From an uncultured virus (IMG/VR IMGVR_UViG_3300047499_000163) (Duplodnaviria; Heunggongvirae; Uroviricota; Caudoviricetes), in the IMG/VR virus record IMGVR_UViG_3300047499_000163: a stretch of DNA of 64,000 bases, one strand, 5' to 3'. This document shows positions 48,280 through 59,108 of this stretch, piece after piece. Below the pieces are notes generated by a model. That model ran no database searches and had not been told where the DNA came from. It saw only the letters and a list, made by a program, of their open reading frames with translations. The first letter of the stretch is position 1. Each line of letters opens with the position of its first letter. A program made the position numbers and the translations under genes.

Positions 48280-49102
48280 GCAGCGGGCTACGCGGGCGGT
48301 CGGGCGATCCACGGACGGCGGGCCGGGCGAGGCGGCGAGAGGCGCACGGAGCAGCCATGGAGCGCGGGCGCGACCGGGCCGGACGGGCGCACGGCGCCGA
48401 TCAGATTCCCTCCTCCTCGAGGAGTTCCTCCGGCGTCTTGCCGATCATGCCGTACTCCTTGATGATGATCCCGACGTGTGCCATCAGAGTGAGCTTGAGA
48501 GACGCCTTGTACTTGGGGTCGAATCTGCGCGACTGCAGCACCTTCAGCCGCGTCAGAGCCATATATGCCAGGGTTTTGTGTTCGGGGTCGGGGGAGTTCT
48601 TACAGACGTACTCCAAGAACCATCCGAGCTTGAACTTCTCGCTCATCCCTTCACCGTGCTGTTGATGGCGAAGTCCTTGGCGATCGCCCAATCCTTCTCG
48701 GGTTTGGGGGCGTGCCGGAAGTCCAGCAGGCACTTGCCGTCTTCCAGAGGCTCGGGGCACGGGTAGCCTCGGGAGAAATCCAGAAGCTCCTTCATGGCCT
48801 GGTCCTTCGCCGCGTCCGCGGCACGGGCCATTGCCACGTATCCCAGCTCGTGCTGACGCACCTGCTGGCGCTCGTTGACGGACAGGCCGGCTTGCCAGGT
48901 GTTGTTCCAGCGGAAGTACATCAGGACAGCTCCTTCGGGTCGGTTGCGGGCTCGCGGTCTTCGTCGACCATGAAGCTCATGCGGAAAGCGAAGAGTCGGG
49001 AATCATCCTTGGGCATCAGGCGCACGGCCTCGTCGTAGGTGAAGCCGATGGCCTGCAGGTAGTTGAGGACAGTTCGCCGGTAGTCGGCCACCTGAGCGGG
49101 AG

Positions 49103-49522
49103 TCATCGGGATACCTCGACAGTCTGCCGCAGACCGAGCGTCTCTCCGGTTGCCGTGGCGAACAGCGACAGGATGTTCTCCTGACCCGGCGGAATGGTGA
49201 TGAAGACAACACCACCCTCCTCCCGCACGTATCTGGTCATCGCCTTGGAGATATCCGGCAGAAGCTGGAGATTGGCCTGGTGCACATCGTCGAGGATGAT
49301 GCCGACGTTCTCGGGCAGCTTGTCGAGCAGCCCCATGTTGGTCTCGTCGAGAGTCCCGGCGTTGATGGTGACGGCCTCCCTGCCGAGACGCCGGATAGCC
49401 ATGTCCGAGAGCCACACCTTGCCGGAGCCATAGACGCCGACGACCACCACAGCAACGTGATGGCCCGCGGCCTCGACGAGTTTCGAGACCACCTCTTCAT
49501 TCCTCTTCATCACGGCTTCCAT
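49103..49522 (-). CDS. Small degenerate P-loop (AAA-like) protein
   Basis: VVGVYGSGKV and IILDDV; AAGGAG upstream. Confidence 0.5.
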   Translation of the reverse strand: MEAVMKRNEEVVSKLVEAAGHHVAVVVVGVYGSGKVWLSDMAIRRLGREAVTINAGTLDETNMGLLDKLPENVGIILDDVHQANLQLLPDISKAMTRYVREEGGVVFITIPPGQENILSLFATATGETLGLRQTVEVSR

Positions 49523-49985
49523 GTTGCTCCTTCTCAGATTGGAGACAATTGCTTTGGCCTTGGTCCATCCGCACACGATCCTGATGCAGGATCGGTGCAG
49601 GCCCTCAGTGTAGATGTGAAGCCCTCCGGAAGAGGACCACTGCGCGACGCGCTCCAGGCCATCCTCTTCCCACACAACCACGGCTCCATACGCGCCGAGC
49701 TGGACCCAATCCCCGGTGGGTTCTTGAGGCCGGAATTCCGGGCTCTGGAAGCAGGAGTGGCGGAGGTCCTTCGCGGTCATGCCCTCTTCTCGAGCAGGCT
49801 CACTTCGATTTCGGCGAGGGCCAGGAGCTTTGCCATCTCCTGCCATTTGCAGTCGAGCCGGCACACGGGCACGGTCTCTTTCTCGCCGGTGGAAGTCCCC
49901 TGCGTGATCGTCGTCTTCTCGCAGCAGTCCTCGGGCCAGACCTTCATCATCTGGCGACGGACTGCCTCGACGGCGGCCAGTGCAC

Positions 49986-50351
49986 TCACGCGCCGACTGC
50001 CTTGTAGTACCCCACGGCGCGCACAGTGATCTTCTCGCCGCCGAAGTCCTCGATGAGGGGAGTGCAGCCGGCGTAGAACTCGACCGCCTTGGTGATGAGC
50101 TGCTTGAAGAGCTTGCGGTCCTCGCGCCCCTGCGGCGCCTTGATGCGCGCGTAGATGGGGTTCTTCCAGTTGGCCTTGTCGGCCACCAGGTCGAAGAACG
50201 GCTTGTACATCATCTGCTCGGGGAGCAGCTCGGGCGGGCGCGGCGCTTCGTCGAGGAGACCTGGCTCGGTCACGACTTCGAGGGTCTCGTGGAGATTCAG
50301 CTCCACGACGTCCGGTCCAGCGCTCCCATGCTTGCAGCTTCCGTTGCACAT
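49986..50351 (-). CDS. Hypothetical protein
   Basis: NWKNPI...AVEFYAG...VRAVGYY; promoter at 50373-50396 plus Shine-Dalgarno. Confidence 0.65.
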   Translation of the reverse strand: MCNGSCKHGSAGPDVVELNLHETLEVVTEPGLLDEAPRPPELLPEQMMYKPFFDLVADKANWKNPIYARIKAPQGREDRKLFKQLITKAVEFYAGCTPLIEDFGGEKITVRAVGYYKAVGA

Positions 50352-50425
50352 CGCTCCACCTCCACCGATCGATACGCGCCGACCGGCGCAATCTGCGCCC
50401 TGCGTGGGAGGAGCGGCTGGACTAT

Positions 50426-50623
50426 TCAGTCCATATGGATTTTCATGACGAGGGCCACGTCGCAATCCTGGCCTGCAGCCACCACTTCATGGTCCTTGTG
50501 CGGGTCGAATCCCTTGTAGAGGGTGGTGCCCCAACCGCACCTGTGGCAACGCCACCTGACACTAGTGGGTCCGCCGAGAGCAGACCGCCACTCGGATTCT
50601 TGAACCCACTCGTGCGGCTTCAT
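50426..50623 (-). CDS. Small zinc-finger protein with IHMD tag variant
   Basis: HEW...WRCHRC...CDVALVMKIHMD*. Confidence 0.7.
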   Translation of the reverse strand: MKPHEWVQESEWRSALGGPTSVRWRCHRCGWGTTLYKGFDPHKDHEVVAAGQDCDVALVMKIHMD

Positions 50624-51093
50624 CGCTTCCTGCTAGGGAGCCTCTTCCAGAATCCCACGGCAAACATGCCAATCGTGACCACAGCTACGATCTGCAGGGG
50701 CATGGTCGTGTCGCTGTCGATCCACGCTTCGCGGATCTTCTGGATAGACCCCTCTTTCCCGTTCATGTCGAACCAGATCATCCAGAACACTGGTCGAAGA
50801 AGACCCCGAGCAACAGGCCGAGCGCGTAGACGGCCCGTGGCGACGGGACCTTCACCACGTTTTTGCGCGGAGACTCCAGCCCTTCTTCTTGAGCCATGCC
50901 TGCAGTTCCTCCCAGCTTGCGGATGTACCCCGGTCCGGCGCGTTTGCCGTCTCCCGGAAGTACATGTCGTACACCTTGTCGAAGCGCAGACCTCCCACGG
51001 GAGGCTGCGGCTCTCCGCGCAGATCGAGGGTGCCGTCCTCGAATCGGCGCTCGATGATGACCATCTGGTCGCCGCGGAACGGCTGCATGCTCA

Positions 51094-51606
51094 TCAGAAC
51101 GGAACCTCCAGAGTGACGGCATACGCCGCGAATGCCGCGGGGCTGTCGTCGCGCATGTCGGGGTCGCTCATGAACGCGGCCTCCTCCTGCTCGCGCTCGC
51201 GCTGGGCGAAGGCAGCCTTGTCGCGGAGATCCTGCTCGCGCTGGCGCTTGTCGGCCTGCTCCTGCAACCACTCCTTGGCGCGCTGCACGGCCTCCGTCAG
51301 GCGGATGTTGAGCCGGTCGAGAACGGACTGCACCGAGTGCACCCGCATCACGGGCTGGAACTTGCCCACGCCGAAGGAGCGCGAGCCGTTGTCCCACACG
51401 ACACAGCAGCGAATGGCGTCGCGACCCGCGGCGCGCACAGCGGTCGCGCCGTCGCGGATGCTCGTGTAGACCTTGATCATCAGGCTGGGATCCACTTGGG
51501 AGCGTTTGATGTAGACCACCTCGTCGCGCTGCTTGGTGCGCGAATAGCCCTTCTTCTGCAGGAAGGCTTCGAGATCTTGAGCGGGAACCGCGATGAAGTT
51601 GGCCAT
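51094..51606 (-). CDS. Hypothetical protein
   Basis: IKVYTSI...GRDAIR; promoter at 51627-51650 plus GGAGG. Confidence 0.7.
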   Translation of the reverse strand: MANFIAVPAQDLEAFLQKKGYSRTKQRDEVVYIKRSQVDPSLMIKVYTSIRDGATAVRAAGRDAIRCCVVWDNGSRSFGVGKFQPVMRVHSVQSVLDRLNIRLTEAVQRAKEWLQEQADKRQREQDLRDKAAFAQREREQEEAAFMSDPDMRDDSPAAFAAYAVTLEVPF

Positions 51607-51894
51607 AGGTTGCCTCCGCCCACCGATACGGCGCGGACCGTGTGATCTCGCTTTTTCGTTGTCCGATCATAGTATGACAACGGTTTGCGAGAAGTGCAGT
51701 GCGATTGTGCGCCATTCAATCCCTTTACAGCGGGAATTCTCCTGTGTTGAGCCATGTTGCGAGGACCCATGCCGTGAGACATCGGTCCGTTGCGGTCGAT
51801 CCCGCGGCCGGTGTCGTGGTCCCTGAGGTAGACGTCTCCCTTGTGCTGGCGGGGTCTGAGAGAAACCCTTCTATGGGTGAAACGGAACTGCCTG

Positions 51895-52824
51895 CTAACC
51901 GCCTGAGGCGGGCCACGGGTGATACGTTTCGCGCGCCTTCACTGAGGCGAATTCCAGCGGCTTTGAGGGTTCGAAGATGGCCGCTGTGAGGCGATAGCCG
52001 AAACAACAACCAGTGTCGACTCCGACGGTGAATGGACTCCCGTCTTGCAAGTCGATGCGCGGCACACCTCGCTGGGAGATGTGTCCGTGGATAACGCGCT
52101 GCGGCCCCTTCCACGCCTGCTGCCAAGCAACGGTGTGGTCGGGCTGCTCGAACGTAGTCGTATATGCTTTGGGCCGGCGTTTCTGCTCGACGACGGGCGG
52201 AAGCCCTTTCGCAATACGCTCCTTCTGCCGAGCCTCGCGCTTGGCGATGGCTTCCGGTGTCATCGCTCGTGCGGGGTCCGAATTGCCGTGAGGACGAACG
52301 GTCTCCATCGACTCGGGGATGGGGACCTTCTTCATTCCGACAAACTCGCCGGTCTTTTCGTCGACCCACCGGATGCGTGTCACGCGGTCGGATTTCTGCT
52401 CCGACAGGGGTTTGGGTTCAAACCCCGCGTGCACGCAGATCCAGTTGTCGCCAAGGTCGAGCCACAGCGGCAGGCTGTCCATCCAGGCCAGCTCCTCGTC
52501 AGAGAAGCTCATCCACTGAGAGAGCGTTGGCTCTTCGGGTCTGCGCATTTCGTTGGCAGGGCCACCGGCCAGAGCACGCGCCTCTTTCTGGCGGAACTCG
52601 ACGACCTTCTGCTCGTGGTTGCCCTTGGCAGACTCGGCCCCTCGCCGCATGAGGTCCATCACGTACTGGACAGTCTCCCTCGGATACGGGCCACGGTCGA
52701 CAAAATCGCCCACGAACACCAGGCGATCCTTGCCAGGACGATACTCCACGAGCTGGACAAGCTCCATCAGCTCATCCAGACACGCGTGCACGTCGCCGAT
52801 GACGATGGTACGGGGCATGGGCAT
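51895..52824 (-). CDS. Calcineurin-like metallophosphoesterase (ApaH/PrpE-like)
   Basis: GDVHA, VGDFVDRGP, GNHE, VHAG, HGH, DTGCCFG; promoter at 52832-52855. Confidence 0.9.
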   Translation of the reverse strand: MPMPRTIVIGDVHACLDELMELVQLVEYRPGKDRLVFVGDFVDRGPYPRETVQYVMDLMRRGAESAKGNHEQKVVEFRQKEARALAGGPANEMRRPEEPTLSQWMSFSDEELAWMDSLPLWLDLGDNWICVHAGFEPKPLSEQKSDRVTRIRWVDEKTGEFVGMKKVPIPESMETVRPHGNSDPARAMTPEAIAKREARQKERIAKGLPPVVEQKRRPKAYTTTFEQPDHTVAWQQAWKGPQRVIHGHISQRGVPRIDLQDGSPFTVGVDTGCCFGYRLTAAIFEPSKPLEFASVKARETYHPWPASGG

Positions 52825-52868
52825 AACCCGATACGTTACACCCCGCGCGATCTGCGATTGTGCCGGCG

Positions 52869-53078
52869 CTAGGATTCCATGATTTCGGCCACGATGGTCA
52901 GATCATTGAACTCGTCGCATGGCCACCGGCCAAATACTTCTTCGATCTGATACGGCACGGCCTTCTTCGTGGTCTTGTCACGTACGAAGCGCATACTGCA
53001 CCGGCGGCAGACCACCGTCTCCACATCGAGATACGTTTGCACCACCTCGAAGTCGTGACCTTTGTCGTCGAGGCTCAT
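52869..53078 (-). CDS. Small zinc-finger protein with IMES tag
   Basis: HDF...VCRRC...CDEFNDLTIVAEIMES*. Confidence 0.7.
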   Translation of the reverse strand: MSLDDKGHDFEVVQTYLDVETVVCRRCSMRFVRDKTTKKAVPYQIEEVFGRWPCDEFNDLTIVAEIMES

Positions 53079-53240
53079 GACTCCATCACCACGCGGACGA
53101 TCTCGTCATGTAGAGCAGACTGGAGATGCTCCCCGAGCTTGACACAGTGCCGCTACACGCCGTAGCTCGAGCTGGATCTTGGGGTCTTCCCTGAACTTGC
53201 GAGCCCCGATACGGAGCTGGTGCAGTCGAGCTTGTGCATG
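53075..53240 (-). pseudogene. Frameshifted small VMES-tag protein
   Basis: Ends HDEIVRVVMES*; promoter at 53262-53285. Confidence 0.5.
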
Positions 53241-53293
53241 TGCACCACTTCCGCCGATCGGTACGCGCGGATGGGCCGGGTCTGCGCTTGGCG

Positions 53294-53512
53294 TCAGGCT
53301 TCCATCACCTTGTACACGATCATCTCTTCACAAGACAGATACGCCGTCTCGTTGGGTTCCTTCTTGACGTGCATCTTCTCGTCGGGAGCTGGCGCCGAAT
53401 GCCTGTGGGTCTCGTAACCGCAGTTGCCGCAGACGAACACCTGGCGACTCTCGTTGCCGAAGTTGTCCTTCGAATAGGGGAACCGCCCCGTGGCCTGCCA
53501 GTCGTGGTTCAT
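53294..53512 (-). CDS. Small zinc-finger protein with VMEA tag
   Basis: HDW...FVCGNC...CEEMIVYKVMEA*. Confidence 0.7.
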   Translation of the reverse strand: MNHDWQATGRFPYSKDNFGNESRQVFVCGNCGYETHRHSAPAPDEKMHVKKEPNETAYLSCEEMIVYKVMEA

Positions 53513-54038
53513 GACTCGCGAAGCGTGCCTACTCCGTCCGAGAAGACCCATGATGCGTTCGACGACGAACTCGTCGACGCAATCCCCGAAGATCTTGCGC
53601 CAGTCATCCAGCGAGAAGCCGGACGTGTTCTTCTGATACATGAGCCGCTTGATATCCGATTTCACGGACACCAGGCGCCGCTCCTTGTCCTCGGCTTTGG
53701 CGAGAGTCTTCGGGTCAGGAACCTCGCTGGCGGGGACAACTGTCACGAGCTTGACGTGCCCTCGCAGATTACGCACGCGCGTTTCTCTGTGGCCTAGGTC
53801 CTCACCCACGGCAGCAGACTGGCCTGCATGACGGGACCGTGCAGTTGGCAGAACCCGAACACGTCGTGGTACCGGGCCTCGCGCAGACGGTACGGGAAAA
53901 GCTCCGAGTATTCGGCCCGCAAGAACACGTCGATGTTGCGCCCACACGGCTTCGTTGACGTCCACTTCACGAGCTTGCCCGTGATGGCATCTTTGGCCCC
54001 GTGGACCTCACCATCAACGCGGTAGACGCACTTTGTGC

Positions 54039-54257
54039 TCAAATGCGACCCGCGAGGCGCTGCTCGCCTTCGCGCTCCATCTGGATCTCGGCCACGCGAC
54101 TGTTCTCGCGGATGGTGCGTCTGTCGTCGTGTGGCGCGCACATCCAGGGGATGCCGTCATCGTCGAGACACGATTTCTCCTCGACCGTGAGGTACCCGAC
54201 TGTCTGGCAGCCAGGATGGGTGCACTTGACGCGCTTCTTGCCTCGGTTGTGGGACAC
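54039..54257 (-). CDS. Small zinc-binding protein
   Basis: CTHPGC...WMCAPH; promoter at 54278-54301 plus Shine-Dalgarno. Confidence 0.6.
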   Translation of the reverse strand: MSHNRGKKRVKCTHPGCQTVGYLTVEEKSCLDDDGIPWMCAPHDDRRTIRENSRVAEIQMEREGEQRLAGRI

Positions 54258-54874
54258 GCACCACCTCCGCCCGCTGATACGCGCGGAGGCGCCCGATCTG
54301 CTACTTGCTTCGGATGATGATGCTCGAGTGCCGGCGCCTCGTGGAGGAGGCTCTCGTCAGCAGCTCGCATACCTTCATCGAGAGCCTGGCCAGAACCGCG
54401 AGCTGGTCGGCAGTCATCCTCTCGACAGTCGTGTTTGCGATGTCCTCGAACTCGTCGTCCGGAAGAAGACCGAGCTTACGGGCGGTCTTGAGAGTACCGA
54501 GCGCAGCCTCGCGCAAAGCGGCATTTTCGACCGCGTCTCTCGGAACTATCGCTAGGCGTTGCATGTCCCTCCCCGGACCGCCCGCGCGGTCCTCAGTCGT
54601 AATCGCCGTCGTCGTCGAGAATGATCACACTTCCGTCGTTGCGCACCACCGCTGCGGAGTCGTCCGGGTCTATGTCCAGTCGGAACTGCCGCTGGGTGTC
54701 CTCACAGGACGGCGGCGGCAAGGTGTCCGCAGAACGGGTATTCGGCTCGGGATACATCATAGCCTTTCCGATTTTACAGGCATAAGGCGGCGAACGCACG
54801 AAGAAGTTACAGCCGAAGGTGAGTCTGGCCCTTTTGTAGCGCTCGTTGTGCCTGGCAAGGCGTGGGGAGACACC

Positions 54875-55066
54875 GTGAATCTGGTCGCGCATGACTGGCA
54901 CCAGGTGCCCGCCGCGTTCAATAAGTGGCAGTGCTCCAAGTGCGGGTGCGCGGTCGCATCTGGCTGCAGACCTCCGGCTTTCCACGAGGTCCTCACTTTC
55001 CAGGATGGTCAAGAGTTCCTAGGAAACTGCGCCGAGATTCAGGTCTGGCAAGTGATGCTGGCCTGA
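54875..55066 (+). CDS. Small zinc-finger protein with VMLA tag variant
   Basis: HDW...WQCSKC...CAEIQVWQVMLA*. Confidence 0.65.
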   Translation: MNLVAHDWHQVPAAFNKWQCSKCGCAVASGCRPPAFHEVLTFQDGQEFLGNCAEIQVWQVMLA

Positions 55067-55076
55067 AATACACGAA

Positions 55077-55110
55077 AGCCCGCCGGCCTTGTTCAGGACA
55101 CGGCGGGCTC
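55077..55110. terminator. Hairpin between convergent genes
   Basis: AGCCCGCCG...CGGCGGGCT inverted repeat. Confidence 0.55.
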
Positions 55111-55116
55111 GTGAAT

Positions 55117-55215
55117 TCAGTGCTTCTTGACGGCCGGCTTCTTCGCGGCGACCTTGCCCGCCTTCTTGGTGGTCTTGGTCTTCGCAGCCGGTGCCTTCTT
55201 GCTCTTCGTTGCCAT
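55117..55215 (-). CDS. Very small Lys/Ala-rich histone-like basic protein
   Basis: MATKSKKAPAAKTKTTKKAGKVAAKKPAVKKH; AAGGAG Shine-Dalgarno. Confidence 0.65.
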   Translation of the reverse strand: MATKSKKAPAAKTKTTKKAGKVAAKKPAVKKH

Positions 55216-55504
55216 GGTGTTCTCCTTCGTGCGAGCTGCACGTGAGCACACTCTACTGAGTGAATCACTCAGCGGAGAGCAGAGACACCACGGCTTCGAG
55301 GTGCGAGACCTCGCGACGAATCTCGAGCATGCCCCAAGGAACGGCGCAAACGGTGACTTCCATGAGGGAGCCCCACACGTCGAAGACCTCGGCGGCAGAG
55401 CCTCCGTGCTCGCGCACGTCATCTCTCAAGAAGTCAACCGCCTGCTCCAGAGCCTCTGGAGAGCGGATCTTACGGAAGGTAAAGACGGTTCGCCATGTGG
55501 CGCC

Positions 55505-55684
55505 TCACGACTCCATGATTTCTTTGACGATACGCAGGTCGCACTCGCCGACCTGAGGTTTGTGCTTGGAGCTACACTCTTCACCGCAACGAGTGCAACG
55601 CCACAGAGGCGCTCCGAAGGCCACGGCGATGGCTTGCCCGAGGGTCAGCGGCTTCTTGGCGAGCCTCTCCCACTGATGCTTCAC
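55505..55684 (-). CDS. Small zinc-finger protein with IMES tag
   Basis: HQW...WRCTRC...CDLRIVKEIMES*. Confidence 0.75.
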   Translation of the reverse strand: MKHQWERLAKKPLTLGQAIAVAFGAPLWRCTRCGEECSSKHKPQVGECDLRIVKEIMES

Positions 55685-55882
55685 AGCTCGCGCGAAGCCT
55701 ACACCTCGGCCACGGGCTCGTCGTGCTCGTTCGGCCCGTATCCTCTGGACTCCATTCTGGCCGACAACGTGACCTGATGGGCTTGCCTTTGCCTTTGCCG
55801 TGGCGCTTCTCGATCCACTCGGTGACGGCTTCTTTGACGTCGTCATCCGAGAGGTCGAAGGTCTGCGTCGACTTGCTCTTGC

Positions 55883-56302
55883 TCATGACTCCATCACGTC
55901 CATGGCGATCTGCTCGCCGCAGTTGGGGTTGAGGTTCACCTTGGCGCACGCCTGGGCGAGGGTCTCGCTTCGCTGGACGTTGACCTGCCTCAGGCAGCTC
56001 TCGCAGCGCCACACGTAGTAGTCGTCCTCGTAGATGGCGTCCTGGATGGTCTTCCACTTGTGGTTGCCGTAGTCGGGCTCCTCTTCCGGGAGGGTTTTGG
56101 CGTCGTCCGACTCGGCCATCTGGTCAAGCATGGCATCGAACGGGCTCTTCTCGACCAGCGCGCCGCCGTGCCCGATGAGATGGGCGTACGGGTCCGGAGG
56201 GCCAGCGGGGGCCTCGGGCGCGGCCTCCTTCGCGGCCTCGGGCGCGGCCTCGGGCTGTGGCGCCTTGTCGAGGCTCTCCAGGAACTTGTCGAAATCGCTC
56301 AC
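55883..56302 (-). CDS. Zinc-finger VMES-tag protein with an acidic N-terminal extension
   Basis: HKW...WRCESC...CGEQIAMDVMES*; promoter at 56323-56346. Confidence 0.75.
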   Translation of the reverse strand: MSDFDKFLESLDKAPQPEAAPEAAKEAAPEAPAGPPDPYAHLIGHGGALVEKSPFDAMLDQMAESDDAKTLPEEEPDYGNHKWKTIQDAIYEDDYYVWRCESCLRQVNVQRSETLAQACAKVNLNPNCGEQIAMDVMES

Positions 56303-56593
56303 GGGCCACCTCCGATCGCCGATACGCGGGCGACGCCATAGCTTACGCTGGCGACGCCGGCGTGGCAGCAGTTACGTTCTCGATGGTAAGTTCAAGAGTG
56401 ATCGTCCAATGCACTGCCGCAGGATGCGGCCGGCAAGAACCCTTACGCCAGGGGGCTTACGGTATGCCATTTCTTCCTCGAGGATGGCTGAGACTCTTCC
56501 GACATACCACCCAGGGAATCGAGGGAATAGTATGCCAGGTCTGCGCCGCGAGGATGATCGCGCGCGAGGACGCCTGGATGGAACGCCACAGAC

Positions 56594-57556
56594 CTAGCCG
56601 TTGACCCTATCCCAGGGCTCGACGTACGGGATGCCGAGCACCTTGTACAGGTCGTGCTCGTCGGCACCTCCAAGCCGGGCTGTGGCCTTGCCGTCATCCA
56701 CGCGCCAGATGCCGTACTCGTTGATGAGCATGCCCTTCGAGATCGCCATCTTGCGAAGCTCGATGTTGTGGGCCGTGCTGCCCGTGGCGTAGTTGAGTGC
56801 TGACCCGTACGACTCGGGCGGCACCAGCCACAGGTCCACCTGCATCGTACGACCCTGGTACGTGAAGCGAATCGAGCCCCGATTCTCGCCACGCGAGATC
56901 TTGGTGCCGATCTTCACGAACTCGTCGAGGAGAATGTCGCGGTCCTTCTCGTCAGCGCAGCACCCGACAATATCCACGTCCTTCGAGTCCACCGCGCGCC
57001 TGCGGATGCTGCCACAGACCTCGAAGCGGAAGGAATCCACGTTGTTCTTGATCGCCTCGCTTCTGGCGATGATGAGATTCAGCTCTTCGACGACGTACTG
57101 CGCGAGGGCCTTCGCCTCGGCGTGCGGCACGCGGGCTTTCTTCACGGCGAAGAGCACCGCGTCGCGCCGCTTGTCGTCGAGCTTGCCTTCCTGCGCCGCC
57201 TTCACCAGCTCGTCGAAATTGTGGATACCTTCGGCGTGGAACTTGAGGGCGGTCTTCGGACCGATACCATCCACCTTGGTCATGGACAGGGCCTCGATGG
57301 GCACGTTTGCCGACAGACCCTGCAAGCGCTTCGAAGTACCGGTCTCGAGGAAATCCCGGATAACCTCGGCGACAGACTCTCCGATCCCGGAGATTGCCCG
57401 CGGGTCGGTGTATCGGATGCCGCGGGATTCGAGCACGAGAGCCTCAGCGGCCTCCTCGAATGCCTTGATCTTGAAGCGATTGGGCTTGGCCTCGAGAGCC
57501 ATAGCCATGCTGATTGCCTGACGAAGGGCGCCGTACTTGTTGCTCATCATCATCAT
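56594..57556 (-). CDS. polX: Family X DNA polymerase (no PHP domain)
   Basis: HhH motifs SGIG and DGIGPKT, CGSIRR...KDVDIV, QVDL, YATGSTAHN, INEYG. Confidence 0.92.
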   Translation of the reverse strand: MMMMSNKYGALRQAISMAMALEAKPNRFKIKAFEEAAEALVLESRGIRYTDPRAISGIGESVAEVIRDFLETGTSKRLQGLSANVPIEALSMTKVDGIGPKTALKFHAEGIHNFDELVKAAQEGKLDDKRRDAVLFAVKKARVPHAEAKALAQYVVEELNLIIARSEAIKNNVDSFRFEVCGSIRRRAVDSKDVDIVGCCADEKDRDILLDEFVKIGTKISRGENRGSIRFTYQGRTMQVDLWLVPPESYGSALNYATGSTAHNIELRKMAISKGMLINEYGIWRVDDGKATARLGGADEHDLYKVLGIPYVEPWDRVNG

Positions 57557-57993
57557 CGCCGCCACCTCCACCAGCCGGTACGCCAGTGGAGGCAGCACTT
57601 CTTGGCGCGGTAGTGGATCTGGCTGAGCAGGGACTCGTTCGAGTGGCGGTACTTGTCCTCCGAGTCGGTGTGAACGCCAAGCTCTTTGGCGATGAGTTCC
57701 ATCAGGGCGCGCTCCTGCGCCTGCTCGGGCGAGAGCTTCTTGGGCTTGGCCATCAGGTGATCTCCTTGATGGTCTTGCTGTCCTTGTGGAACGTGACGGC
57801 GCGGCGGACGTATTTGCCCTTGACCAGCTCCATCACGTTCCAGTCGACCACCACGTCTTCGGTGGTGCTGGCGGTCCGCATGGGAACCGCGGCGAGGGCA
57901 CGCCCCACGGCGGTCAGGTCTTCGCACGGGACGGCCTCGACGGCCTCCGCGTCCACGAGATCCGTGCGCCAGTGATGGTGATGACCAGGTACT

Positions 57994-58359
57994 TCACGAT
58001 GCGGTCTCCTTCTTGCGGCAGAACAGCCGCACGAGCATGCCCGGTCCGGCGTTGCGGCCCGAGTAGGTCTTGCCGTTGTAGGTCGCGCGCCACGAGAACA
58101 TCTCGACGCGAGAGTGCCCGAAGACCCAGCGCTTGTACGAAGAGACGAGCTTCACCGGGGCAATCACCTTGCCCTCGAAGTTCGTCAGGTCGTACCGGCC
58201 GTCCTCGCGGCGGGTGATGTAGCAGGCGATGTAGCCCTGCGCCTCGTCGATGACCGCCCCGAGGTTTGTGAACTCCCGGCCCTCGTGGATGAGGGTGGCC
58301 ACTTCGACGTCGGCGCCGTTGGACGATTTCTGATGCTCCACTCGGAACTGCAGGGCCAT
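57994..58359 (-). CDS. Hypothetical protein
   Basis: Promoter at 58381-58404 plus GGAGGTGG. Confidence 0.65.
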   Translation of the reverse strand: MALQFRVEHQKSSNGADVEVATLIHEGREFTNLGAVIDEAQGYIACYITRREDGRYDLTNFEGKVIAPVKLVSSYKRWVFGHSRVEMFSWRATYNGKTYSGRNAGPGMLVRLFCRKKETAS

Positions 58360-58416
58360 GGGGCCACCTCCGCCGATCGGTACGCGCGGCCGCAACCGAC
58401 TCCCGGCTCGACTGGG

Positions 58417-58839
58417 CTAGTGCCTATTATCAGGCCGCCGGGTGATTCTCCAGTAGATGAGGCTGCCCGGGGTGCCTATTGGACCAATGCGCTTCGAAGC
58501 GCAGGTGCAGGAACCGGGGCACCGTGAACAGCAAGGGTTCAGATTTTCGAAATCATGGCCCTTAGCGTTGTCAATGCGGTCAAGGCCTATCAGGACAGAA
58601 CCATCTCCACAATATTTACACGGCTGCAGAATGAGTTCTATGACCTGGTCCCTTGTTAGGATCGGTTTACCAAGACCGTTTCTCCGGTCTTGGGCGCGAG
58701 CGCCATACCAAACAACTTGGTCCCGAGTCCTCCGGGCTTTTGACCGGTGCTTCGGTTTCCAAGTGCCAGCTATCCGTTTCCGTTTCTTGCCGGCAGCGAA
58801 CTCGGGACCAACCCAGCCCTTCCGGTTCTTGACCCTCAC
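58417..58839 (-). CDS. HNH endonuclease-like protein fused to a foreign C-terminus
   Basis: PCKYCG...IGLDRIDNAKGH...NLNPCCSRC, then SLIYWRITRRPDNRH. Confidence 0.65.
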   Translation of the reverse strand: MRVKNRKGWVGPEFAAGKKRKRIAGTWKPKHRSKARRTRDQVVWYGARAQDRRNGLGKPILTRDQVIELILQPCKYCGDGSVLIGLDRIDNAKGHDFENLNPCCSRCPGSCTCASKRIGPIGTPGSLIYWRITRRPDNRH

Positions 58840-59108
58840 TCGATGCTTCGGATGGACTGTCCGTCCTTCTCGAAGACGACAGCGCGGCGCACAGTCGTCT
58901 TGCCGGTGGGCTTGTCGAGAACCTCGAAGACGGCCCATTCGGCGCCCTTCTTCTCCGACTTCTTGAGGGCCATGGCCACGTCGACGAAGTCCTTGCAGAG
59001 GACGACGTCCACGCGATCGGTCACTTCGAGTTCCTCGGGCTCGATGCCCTCGCAGACACCGGCGTCCGGATCTTCGACCTTCTTGACGCTGACGACGATG
59101 AAGTTCAT
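58836..59108 (-). CDS. Hypothetical protein
   Basis: 90 aa, coupled on both sides. Confidence 0.6.
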   Translation of the reverse strand: MNFIVVSVKKVEDPDAGVCEGIEPEELEVTDRVDVVLCKDFVDVAMALKKSEKKGAEWAVFEVLDKPTGKTTVRRAVVFEKDGQSIRSIE

